A stretch of DNA of 28,797 nucleotides. Origin: a virus. Taxonomy: Duplodnaviria > Caudoviricetes. Below the pieces are notes generated by a model. It saw nothing but the letters and a program-made list of their open reading frames with translations, was not told the DNA's origin and did not search any database. The translations under genes and the position numbers were made by a program. Location of the stretch: positions 1 to 28,797 of IMG/VR virus record IMGVR_UViG_3300020432_000037. The stretch is one strand, 5' to 3'. This document shows positions 1 through 8,100 of this stretch, in pieces (the first letter of the stretch is position 1; the number at the start of each line of letters is the position of its first letter).

Positions 1-762
1 GTTCATTCGATATCTGATCGCCCAATCATCAGGAATGGTAAGGTGTTTTGCCTTGAATTGATTATGTAAAAGAGTTGGTGATATGTCATTGCGTTTTGCA
101 ATACCTTGCATCAACTGGTCAACAGAATCATATGTGATGACACTAAGAGTTTTCAACCCATCTTCTAACTCAGCAACAGCGTTCGTGATGAGACCAACTG
201 ATTCATTCATTCTCTTAGTTTTCTTTTTCATTGAGTTGATATATTTTCTGTAGACTGCTGCTTCAGAGGTTTTACCCATCTCTCTCGCCCTTTGTTCCAT
301 AGCAACAGCCGCTTGAATTTTATGAGCATGAGATCTAGAAGAATTCCTGATTTTTGAGACAGACGCTTTTGCTTTAGCGACGTTCTTGAAACCAAGTCCA
401 TGAATAGTTCCTTTAGGATCTTCATCAGTGTATAAGTCAGAGTGTTTTTTAGATTTTGCTGGTTGTCCCTTCTTACGAGGTATGCGAGGATTTGATGTCT
501 CGTAAACTATCGATTCACCCATTCCACCGCCGCCATCACCACCACCGTTACCACCATCACCACCGTTACCATTTCCAGCACCATTCCCGCCGTTCCCATT
601 TCCGTTAGAACTTCCGTTACCATTTTTCTTTGTCTCGTTATCATCATCCTTTGTATCTCTTGCAAGATAGCCACGAGCTCCTATGCGATACCCATAAGGT
701 ATCTTCTTACATTTCTTATCAGTGAAACAGTAATATTTGCCTGGCGGACACTTCTTAGCCAT
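1..762 (-). CDS. Late-expressed modular hypothetical protein, 3'-truncated at the window edge (>=254 aa); absent from the ORF track
   Basis: Manual translation from ATG at 762 is open to position 1: MAKKCPPGKYYCFTDKKCKKIPYGY...GNGSSNGNGNGG...GGMGESIVYETSNPRIPRKKGQPAKSKKHSDLYTDEDPKGTIHGLGFK...HAHKIQAAVAMEQRA...KRMNESVG...LHNQFKAKHLTIPDDWAIRYRMN. A perfect TATAAATA lies 22 nt upstream, and the ORF is on the same strand as the whole operon. Confidence 0.9.
   Translation of the reverse strand, partial: MAKKCPPGKYYCFTDKKCKKIPYGYRIGARGYLARDTKDDDNETKKNGNGSSNGNGNGGNGAGNGNGGDGGNGGGDGGGGMGESIVYETSNPRIPRKKGQPAKSKKHSDLYTDEDPKGTIHGLGFKNVAKAKASVSKIRNSSRSHAHKIQAAVAMEQRAREMGKTSEAAVYRKYINSMKKKTKRMNESVGLITNAVAELEDGLKTLSVITYDSVDQLMQGIAKRNDISPTLLHNQFKAKHLTIPDDWAIRYRMN
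520..630 (-). repeat. Low-complexity Gly/Asn/Asp linker (GGT-AAC-GGT-GGT-GAT type codon repeats)
   Basis: Imperfect ccaccgtta/ccatcacc repeats on + strand encode NGNGSSNGNGNGGNGAGNGNGGDGGNGGGDGGGG. This is a locally GC-rich patch. Confidence 0.85.
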
Positions 763-784
763 GAATGAATCGTATCTTCAAATA

Positions 785-792
785 TATTTATA
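785..792 (-). promoter_or_regulatory. T4-type late promoter TATAAATA
   Basis: Exact T4 gp55 late consensus in the 40-bp gap between the gp16 stop (803) and the ATG at 762. Confidence 0.85.
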
Positions 793-802
793 CTTCTTAA
801 TA

Positions 803-1219
803 CTACTTGTCATCTTTATTTTGATCCTTAATTAATTTTGATAACTCCGCTGTTGAACCTACAAATAATGCGTTTGTAACATTTGTAGGGCCTTTATTTG
901 GATCCTTTTCAAGATCCTTCATCTTCTGTTGCAAGTCAATAAGTTTGTCTGTTGTATCTGCAACTGCTTTGATTGTAGTAGCAGCAACTTCATATGCTCT
1001 TGCAGAGTCTGATTCCTGTGCTAATTCCAATATACCATTCACCGCTTCTTGTCCCTTTTCAACTAATGAATATAAATTTGCACGACTATATTCATAATCC
1101 TTTTCAGAATCATTTTGATCACTCTTTTTAAGTTGATTCTTTTGAGGTTTAATCTTATTGTCTTCAACAACCTCTGTATCAACGTTAAGTGCTTCCTCAA
1201 TAGAATCAAAATTTTTCAT
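803..1219 (-). CDS. gp16: Terminase small subunit (T4 gp16-like)
   Basis: Motifs DYEYSRANLYSLVEKGQEA...A..S...RAYEV and the C-terminal NALFVGSTAEL are typical of T4-like gp16. It follows gp15 as in T4 synteny, with an AGGAG RBS. Confidence 0.93.
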   Translation of the reverse strand: MKNFDSIEEALNVDTEVVEDNKIKPQKNQLKKSDQNDSEKDYEYSRANLYSLVEKGQEAVNGILELAQESDSARAYEVAATTIKAVADTTDKLIDLQQKMKDLEKDPNKGPTNVTNALFVGSTAELSKLIKDQNKDDK

Positions 1220-1223
1220 AATT

Positions 1224-1228
1224 CTCCT
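1224..1228 (-). promoter_or_regulatory. Shine-Dalgarno AGGAG for gp16, overlapping the gp15 TAG stop
   Basis: Minus strand reads TAGGAGAATTATG. Confidence 0.7.
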
Positions 1229-2270
1229 AAATGTCTATACCCTGAGATGGACTAGATGATTTACCATCAGCAAAGAATGATGTCATTTCATCAAATCCAA
1301 AGTCATCACCAAACTCAATAGATGCATTATCAACTGCGCTAAGAACACCTATGTTGGCATTATGTTCGTGTTTTGCAGCGATTGTATTATCATGACCACG
1401 GAACACAGTCACATTTTTACCACTGATACTTCTGATAAGCATAATCTCAGTGTCAATGATAATTCGATCATTCGCACTTAAATCAGTGGTTGCACTCACC
1501 TTGAAAGTCGTAACCTTATCAGAGATTGCACCATCAACGACTGTTGCCTGATCATCATCATAATTTTTCTTCGCAGTTGGTGTTGCACTATATCGAATAT
1601 TCCGTTTTGCAGTTTTGAAGTTTTCACTAGCATAGTAATCAACATCAACTTTCTTGATAAGACCTTCTGGATTATCTGCAACAGGGCCAAAGAGATAAGT
1701 TTTTGCGGTAAATGATAAAGTATAAATTAATATTCTACGAGAATCAAATCCACCCTCATATTGATCACTATAATTAATACTTTCAAGGACTATTGGAATA
1801 TCTTTCTTCTCACCGATAGAACTGATTAAATTTACTGTAATATTGAATGATGGTTGAAAGTAAGGAACTATTTGTTCTAATATCTGTAATGCATCATCAC
1901 TCAACTTAGCCATAATACTAAGTTCAAATCCTACATTATATGGAACAGGCATATAAACTTTCTTTGCGTTTGTTCCATTCTGTGTAAGAAATGTTTGTGC
2001 AATTCCAGTCTTACGAGTTGGATCATATTGTAATCCTTGCATTTCAAAGGATATTCTTGGAAGAGTTATTGCTGTCTCTCTGTCTAAATCTGGTTGTTGT
2101 TGAATTCTTGCCAAAAATTTCTGCATTGGCCCATAAGCCAAAGGCACTTTCAAGACACTAAAATTTGTTCCACTCGCATCCTTGTGTCGAATGTTAATAT
2201 TATTAAAGAGAGTTCCAAAACCGATAACCGTCTTTCTTAATATTTCATGATAGAAGTAAGTCCCTAACAT
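1227..2270 (-). CDS. gp15: Tail sheath stabilizer / tail terminator (T4 gp15-like) with an extra C-proximal domain
   Basis: N-terminus YFYHEILRKTVIGFGTLFNNI, then VPLAYGP.QKF, LPRISFE, PVPYN, QILEQIVPYFQP. Lies between gp14 and gp16. Confidence 0.93.
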   Translation of the reverse strand: MLGTYFYHEILRKTVIGFGTLFNNINIRHKDASGTNFSVLKVPLAYGPMQKFLARIQQQPDLDRETAITLPRISFEMQGLQYDPTRKTGIAQTFLTQNGTNAKKVYMPVPYNVGFELSIMAKLSDDALQILEQIVPYFQPSFNITVNLISSIGEKKDIPIVLESINYSDQYEGGFDSRRILIYTLSFTAKTYLFGPVADNPEGLIKKVDVDYYASENFKTAKRNIRYSATPTAKKNYDDDQATVVDGAISDKVTTFKVSATTDLSANDRIIIDTEIMLIRSISGKNVTVFRGHDNTIAAKHEHNANIGVLSAVDNASIEFGDDFGFDEMTSFFADGKSSSPSQGIDI

Positions 2271-2286
2271 ATCATTATTTTTTAAC

Positions 2287-2294
2287 TATTTAGA
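2287..2294 (-). promoter_or_regulatory. Late promoter variant TCTAAATA overlapping the gp14 stop, upstream of gp15
   Basis: Minus strand reads TTC-TAA-ATAGTTAAAAAATAATGAT-ATG. CTAAATA is a one-mismatch variant of the late consensus. Confidence 0.6.
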
Positions 2295-3675
2295 ATGTAC
2301 CGAAGGGATTACCTTCAGAGAAGTCCAAAATTGCATCAGCCTCAGTCTCAAAGTCTGCATTATCATTGTATTGATCAGCATTATATTGTGAATTTGGATA
2401 GTCATTTGGTGTGTCATAATCTATAGATTGAATTACATATTCCGCACCAGATTCTAAACCTTTAATCTTCTCCCCAACTTGGAATTGCATTGCAGTAAGC
2501 ATACTAACATCAAGAGTTCGAGACCCTGCATCCCATACTTTAACTCTTGCAGTTTCAGCAGAACTTGAAGAAACTTGAACAGTCTCATTGAAAATATAAT
2601 CACCATCTCCAATAGTTGTCGCAGCACCAATTGTAATTGTTGGTGCAACAGTATATCCAGTTCCAGCATTACTAATTCTGATTGCACTAATCGTTCCACC
2701 AACCATGACAGCCTCAGCAGTTGCATCTGTTCCTCCTGATGGTGCAGTAGTGATTGCAACATTTGGTGTTGTGGTGTAACCTGATCCACCAGATGTAATT
2801 GTAACAATACCTACAGAACCTAGAGAAGTGATGCCAGCGGTTGCTATACCAGCGCCTGGCACGGTTACGGTGGGTATTCCTATATATCCACTGCCAGGAT
2901 TAATTAAAAGAATTTTGTCAATAGATTTTGCGGTTCCAATACCAGATCTTGATGTCATGATTGCAACAGCAGTTGCATCTACGCCAGGTGATGTACTGAT
3001 CGAAACGGTAGGTGCAGCAACGTATCCATATCCATCATTCTGTAAAAATATTTGTTGAACAGCACCAAAGTTGAGAGTTGTATTTGCAGTTGCGAGACTA
3101 CCGATACCAGATAAAACTAATCTTGCAATATAACCCTCAGTTTGAACAACCTCATCAATAGCATTGACATTTGTGTCAATGACTTCATCCTCATATTCAA
3201 AGAGTTCACACTGTAGTTGATAAACGTAATTTTTTTGTAGTTGATAGAATGGTCTCTCATGTTCTACAAACTTAATCTCGAACATTCTTTTTCCTAATGG
3301 AAAAAATATTAAATCTCCTTCCTTTGGTCTATTAGATAAAGTATAGTCATCATCCTGTTCTAAAAATGGTGCAATGGCTTCTTCAAATCTTTCTTTAGAT
3401 ATTACAAATGTGGCTTCATCAGTAACCCTTACACCAAATTTTGTAAGAATATCTCCTGATCCAGCATATCCATCAATATTCATTAAGTATGCTTCGAGAG
3501 GAAATGCCTGATCAAAACGTGACTCAGTTACCTCTTTCATAATTGTTCTAGAAGTGACTAACTTACGAGGAATGTAATGGCACTCGATGCCATACATTCT
3601 TAGTTGTTCGTTAACTAAGTCTTGAACTAATCCTTGCTCCCCTTTAGAGCCTTGTAGAAAAAACGGATTTAACAT
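2290..3675 (-). CDS. gp14: Neck protein (T4 gp14-like) with an internal repeat insertion
   Basis: MLNPFF...EQGLVQDLVNEQLRMYG..CHYIPR, RPKEGDLIFFPL..MFEIKFVEHERPFYQL, CELFEY, C-terminal LDFSEGNPFG. Lies between gp13 and gp15. Confidence 0.92.
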   Translation of the reverse strand: MLNPFFLQGSKGEQGLVQDLVNEQLRMYGIECHYIPRKLVTSRTIMKEVTESRFDQAFPLEAYLMNIDGYAGSGDILTKFGVRVTDEATFVISKERFEEAIAPFLEQDDDYTLSNRPKEGDLIFFPLGKRMFEIKFVEHERPFYQLQKNYVYQLQCELFEYEDEVIDTNVNAIDEVVQTEGYIARLVLSGIGSLATANTTLNFGAVQQIFLQNDGYGYVAAPTVSISTSPGVDATAVAIMTSRSGIGTAKSIDKILLINPGSGYIGIPTVTVPGAGIATAGITSLGSVGIVTITSGGSGYTTTPNVAITTAPSGGTDATAEAVMVGGTISAIRISNAGTGYTVAPTITIGAATTIGDGDYIFNETVQVSSSSAETARVKVWDAGSRTLDVSMLTAMQFQVGEKIKGLESGAEYVIQSIDYDTPNDYPNSQYNADQYNDNADFETEADAILDFSEGNPFGTF

Positions 3676-4514
3676 TATCCAATCATATCAAGTGGAGGCA
3701 TTTCATAATCACTTGCCATCTTAGATCTAATCTCCGCTAATTCTGCAACACCGTCATCATAAATTTGACGACCATTTAATTGAATACCGCCAGGCAATTG
3801 AACTCCTTGAAACTTGATTAAATTTTGTCCCCACTGTCTCTTACACAAAGCTGTGAAATATCTCTTTAAAAATTGATCATTATACACTTTTGTAAAATCA
3901 TCTGGATCTAAGATTCGGAAACAATCAATTACAAAGTAATCATCCTTGTTTATTTGTGCCCAATCAACATCAATATAAAGTCGATCCTGACGAATGTTGA
4001 ACCTATATCTTACATCTGGATTCAGTAAGAAAGTAATGTCTTCAAGTTTAGTTTGAACCATTGCATATTGAAGAAGATCAATTGATCCAAAGGCATATAA
4101 GTCATTTAAAAACAACTGATATCTAATATTAAATAAACCATCATAAACAGTATCTGATCTAACTTTAAATATTTGATTAACTCCGATCACAGATGGAGGC
4201 ATTTGTATATAATTATTATTTTCTTCTATGTTAAAAGTGGTGGATAATCCAACAGTTGATGTTGTGGTTGTTGTTGTAATCCCTAAAGTTGAGTCTCCTC
4301 CTCTCGCTTGTCCTCTATCAATATCATCTTGTGTAATTTTATATTTCAAATACATCCTTGCGATACCATCATAATGTCTTTCTTGATATATTTGAATAGC
4401 ATCGTCTAACAGATCTTGAAACTGTTCATCTGCAACGTTGATTTCTAAGACAGGAAATCCAAGCTGTCTTTTTGCGTAATCTATTAATCCTTCTCTAGAA
4501 CTTGGTTGAGCCAT
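3675..4514 (-). CDS. gp13: Neck protein / head-tail adaptor (T4 gp13-like)
   Basis: PSSREGLIDYAKRQLGFPVLEINV, HYDG, KRQWGQNLIKFQGVQLPGGIQLNGRQIYDD, C-terminal PPLDMIG. GAGGTG RBS at 4519-4524. Confidence 0.93.
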   Translation of the reverse strand: MAQPSSREGLIDYAKRQLGFPVLEINVADEQFQDLLDDAIQIYQERHYDGIARMYLKYKITQDDIDRGQARGGDSTLGITTTTTTSTVGLSTTFNIEENNNYIQMPPSVIGVNQIFKVRSDTVYDGLFNIRYQLFLNDLYAFGSIDLLQYAMVQTKLEDITFLLNPDVRYRFNIRQDRLYIDVDWAQINKDDYFVIDCFRILDPDDFTKVYNDQFLKRYFTALCKRQWGQNLIKFQGVQLPGGIQLNGRQIYDDGVAELAEIRSKMASDYEMPPLDMIG

Positions 4515-4523
4515 TCTTCACCT

Positions 4524-4886
4524 CTATGTTGAAATACCTGTTCTTACAAGCACGTTACCTTCTATTATCTTAAAGAAAGTAGAACCAGAACTTACATTGA
4601 TATCATATAGATATCTACCCTCAGTTAAACTTCTAGTAATGGTTGAACCCATTGAAAGAGTTACTTTTCCATCTGAGTCACCAAGAGTCACGCCGAAAGT
4701 ATTTGCAGTTCCAATCGCAGATTTCTTCATATTGCTTCTTCCTGTATAGTTAGAAAAATCTATACTAGAACCAGCAGAAGTTTTTACTGTGAATGTGGTG
4801 TTAAAATCAGCACCAGAAAATATGGTAAGATTTACACCCATTGGAACGGCAACATCTGGATCAAATGTGATTACCTGTTGTGCCAT
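4524..4886 (-). CDS. Small hypothetical virion protein, probable beta-sandwich (BppU N-terminal-like)
   Basis: Pattern LTIFSGADF..TFTV...DFSNYT...GKVTLSM....T..L..GRYLYDI.....KIIEGNVLV resembles common phage Ig-like domains. It fills the gap exactly and has a late promoter motif upstream. Confidence 0.75.
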   Translation of the reverse strand: MAQQVITFDPDVAVPMGVNLTIFSGADFNTTFTVKTSAGSSIDFSNYTGRSNMKKSAIGTANTFGVTLGDSDGKVTLSMGSTITRSLTEGRYLYDINVSSGSTFFKIIEGNVLVRTGIST

Positions 4887-4890
4887 TTTT

Positions 4891-5124
4891 CTAATTATTT
4901 AGTTTTTGAACGAGAGTAGATAGAAGACCTTTAATTTCTCCCAATTCACCCTTCACATTATCAAGATCCTCTTTCATTTTATCTAACTCAATGTTTTTAT
5001 TTTCCACAGATTTTTTTCTTTGCATATACGCAGAATAGGCTTTCTTATCTTTATTGATAATTGCTGTGGATTCAGAGTCTCGATAAAATCCAGACTTTCC
5101 CTCAACTGGAATATGTTTTGTCAT
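4891..5124 (-). CDS. Small hypothetical protein with C-terminal coiled coil
   Basis: IPVEGKSGFYRD..STAIINKD head followed by heptads (IELDKMKEDLDNVKGELGEIKGLLSTLV). TAATG-coupled to the 2510-aa gene. Confidence 0.8.
   Translation of the reverse strand: MTKHIPVEGKSGFYRDSESTAIINKDKKAYSAYMQRKKSVENKNIELDKMKEDLDNVKGELGEIKGLLSTLVQKLNN
4896..4903 (-). promoter_or_regulatory. Late promoter variant ACTAAATA upstream of the 120-aa ORF and gp13
   Basis: Minus strand reads AACTAAATAATTAGAAAAATG. The motif lies in the last codons of the 77-aa ORF, 9 nt before the next ATG. Confidence 0.55.
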
Positions 5125-8100
5125 TATGCTAATGCGATTGCTCTAAGTTCTTTGATCAATGGTGGTTGTGCCTGATCGGTTCCAACCATGTCAATTTTAA
5201 TTTGGAACTTAGTAAATGGTGGTAATTCTCTAGATGTGAAACTGTAATCCTTAAATTCACCACCAACAGAAGGTGTTACTCGATCATCTGGAAGACCACT
5301 ATTATTAGAGAAGTTAATTACTTTACCATTTTGATCTATATTATCATGGCCTGGGAACAATTCAAAGTTACGATCTAAACTATTTTCTGTTGATCCCTCT
5401 GCGATAGTCTTAAAGAACACACGAATATCTGCACCAGATCTTCGATATGCAGCAAATTCAACTAGTATATTAGTCGCTGGATTATTTAAAGCGACCATCT
5501 TAGAAACATAAGATGATGCACAAGGATCTTGACCAGTTTGATTTACACGATTATCACTTGCAAAGTTAGATACTGGACTATTAACACGGTTTGTGGTTAG
5601 AACGGTGCTGACACGATCTAAATCTATTACAGGTGAGACATTAGGACTGCTAGTACTCATTAACACTTCAAGTGTTAGTGACTTATTTCCTGGCAAATCA
5701 GATAATTGACGATCCTCATTTTCTTTAGATGCAACCATTCTTGGTGTTTCAAAATGTGTTTGACCTGTGACTGATATTGCTTGGAAACCTTGATCAACAA
5801 ATGATTGTTCTGATCCATCAACACTTGTTGCAGATATCGTTCTCACACGAGCACCAATATTTGTGCCAGGGGGTGTCATTGATTGAATGTTTGGTGTGAT
5901 AGTTTCAAACTGTATATTTTGTGATGCAGTTATATTTGATCCACCACCACGTTTTGTGGATGAGAAGAAACGATCAGGTAAAGTTCCACCACTTCTATCT
6001 GTACCATCATTATTCATATCAACTTTAATATGGTAGAAATCTAAATCTTTATCATTTGGAACAGTCACTGTTGGAGCATTCATATCATGTTCTTTATTAA
6101 TTCTTCTGAGAGAAACTCCACTAAATTCATATTTTTTAATTATATCACCTGATGAATGACTGGACTTAATTGTTGAATCAATACCTCTAGTTGTAATACC
6201 TGTAATTGATCCATCAGCAACACCAGTGTAAGATATAATTTCATTACCAAGAACTGCATAACCATAATTTGTTGTTCCAACTCCAACTCCTTCAAAGGTT
6301 GCAAAGTTAGATGATGCAACCACAGAAATATCATCTAATGAATCAAAGTTATAATCTGCTGTCAATTTTGTTGAAGGAACATCTGAATCAACTCCAGATA
6401 TCGTTACTAAGTTATTAAATGCATGTAAAGCATGAGCCCTATGATTGACTTTGAAATGTAAACCATCATTTGTAGAATCCACATCAAATGTTGATATTGT
6501 AGATCCACTTCCAACAGTTTTTCCATCAATTCCAATAACTGTTGATCCGTTGTTAAATCCTATTGTTCCAATACCTGTAACAAATGATCCTTGAATGTTA
6601 TCAATTACTAAACTGTTTGTTGAAGTGATTAATCCAACAGAAATAACAGCTCCACTTCCATTTCCAAGACCTAGTGTTCCAATTCCTAAAGTATCACCGA
6701 CAGCATAGTTCTTTCCACCATTTGTAAAGGTAACAACACCAATTTCACCATTACTCACAGTTACATCACCAATTATTCCAGTTCCCTCTCCAGTTTGAGT
6801 AACCATTGGAATGTCTGAATATGTAAGAACTCCGTTAGATGGTGTATATCCAACGCCAGAATTAATAATTGTAACATCATTAGATCCATTAATAGTTGCG
6901 ATACCAGCAGTGTTGATAAGAGTTGCAGATGCATTTAAATTGTCAAACTGACTAATCTTAACGCCAGGAACTAATCCAGCAGTTAAGGTATTTGATATTG
7001 GTGTTCCTAATCCAACAATTGCTTTCTTAGATAAGGATGTAATTGAATTTTCTGCTAACGTTGGTACTTCATCATTACCAGTTGCTAACTCAGAGTTAAA
7101 GAATCTACCAACAGAAGGAGATGTATTAAATACGGCTCTTCTGATAAGAAACTTCATGTCTTCATATTGACTTGGATCCCATGTCGTACCATTTTGTGAC
7201 TTAAATAATGATCCTAAGTATGGTTGTTGACTAATTAGAACTTGTTGTTCATCGGGTAATCCAACGGTAGATATGTCAACCTCTCCCATTCTTGATATCC
7301 AACAGTTATAATTTTCTGATGGTGTGACAAGGACTAAAGCATATTCATGTTCTCCTGTAAGATAAACGGGAGAATCAAAAGTAAATGTGGTTGGAATTGA
7401 TGCATCCTCAGATACATTAACCTCACTTGGATCTAGAACAACAACACTAAATGGCAAAATCTTAGATGTCGGTAATCCAGTCTCAACAGTTCTAACCTGT
7501 AAAGTAAGAGGTAATTCTTCATCCTTAGTTTGCATGTATAAATCTACAGAAGTGATGAATACTCCAGATGTTTCATCTACACGGAAAGTTTGTGCAAGGG
7601 GATCATAATACTGAACACCTCTAATTTCAGTTTCTGTTGTAGTTAATCCTTCAACTTTTCTTGTAATTTTATCATTTAAAACTCTTTGTTCCTGAACACC
7701 CAATCTTTCAATTTGTGGTGTTTTAACGTTTAAAATTTGTTCTTGGACTGTTTCTAATTCACCCTTAGAATGGAAATTAGCTTCAGCAGATCCTGAGACA
7801 GCTCCCTCAACTGTTGAGTTTGTTGGACTTGTTGTTAATCTTATAGTTTTTGTACCAGTTTCAAATCTTGGACTTGCAGCATCATTTGGATTTGGTAAAC
7901 TGAAGCAGCATTTTAGACTTCCAAGAGTATCTGTAATTAATCTTACATCAGTCACTGTTGCTTGAGCTCCACTTGTTGTTCCAACAAGTTTCATTCCATT
8001 TTTAACATGTCCTGAAAAAGCACCTTGAACCTGAGTTGCAAGACTAAATGTATCTACATTCAAAAGTGTTGATGATGTGGAATATACATTTGAAATTGGA

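Noticed and set aside
228-425. 65-aa minus-strand ORF in the track
   Set aside because: It is an alternative frame inside the longer promoter-linked ORF 762 to <1, which the track missed because it has no stop within the window.
2454-2807. Same-strand alternative-frame ORFs (also 1496-1690, 6140-6334, 20876-21067)
   Set aside because: They are L/Q/V-rich shadows of Thr/Gly/Ala codon bias within well-supported genes.
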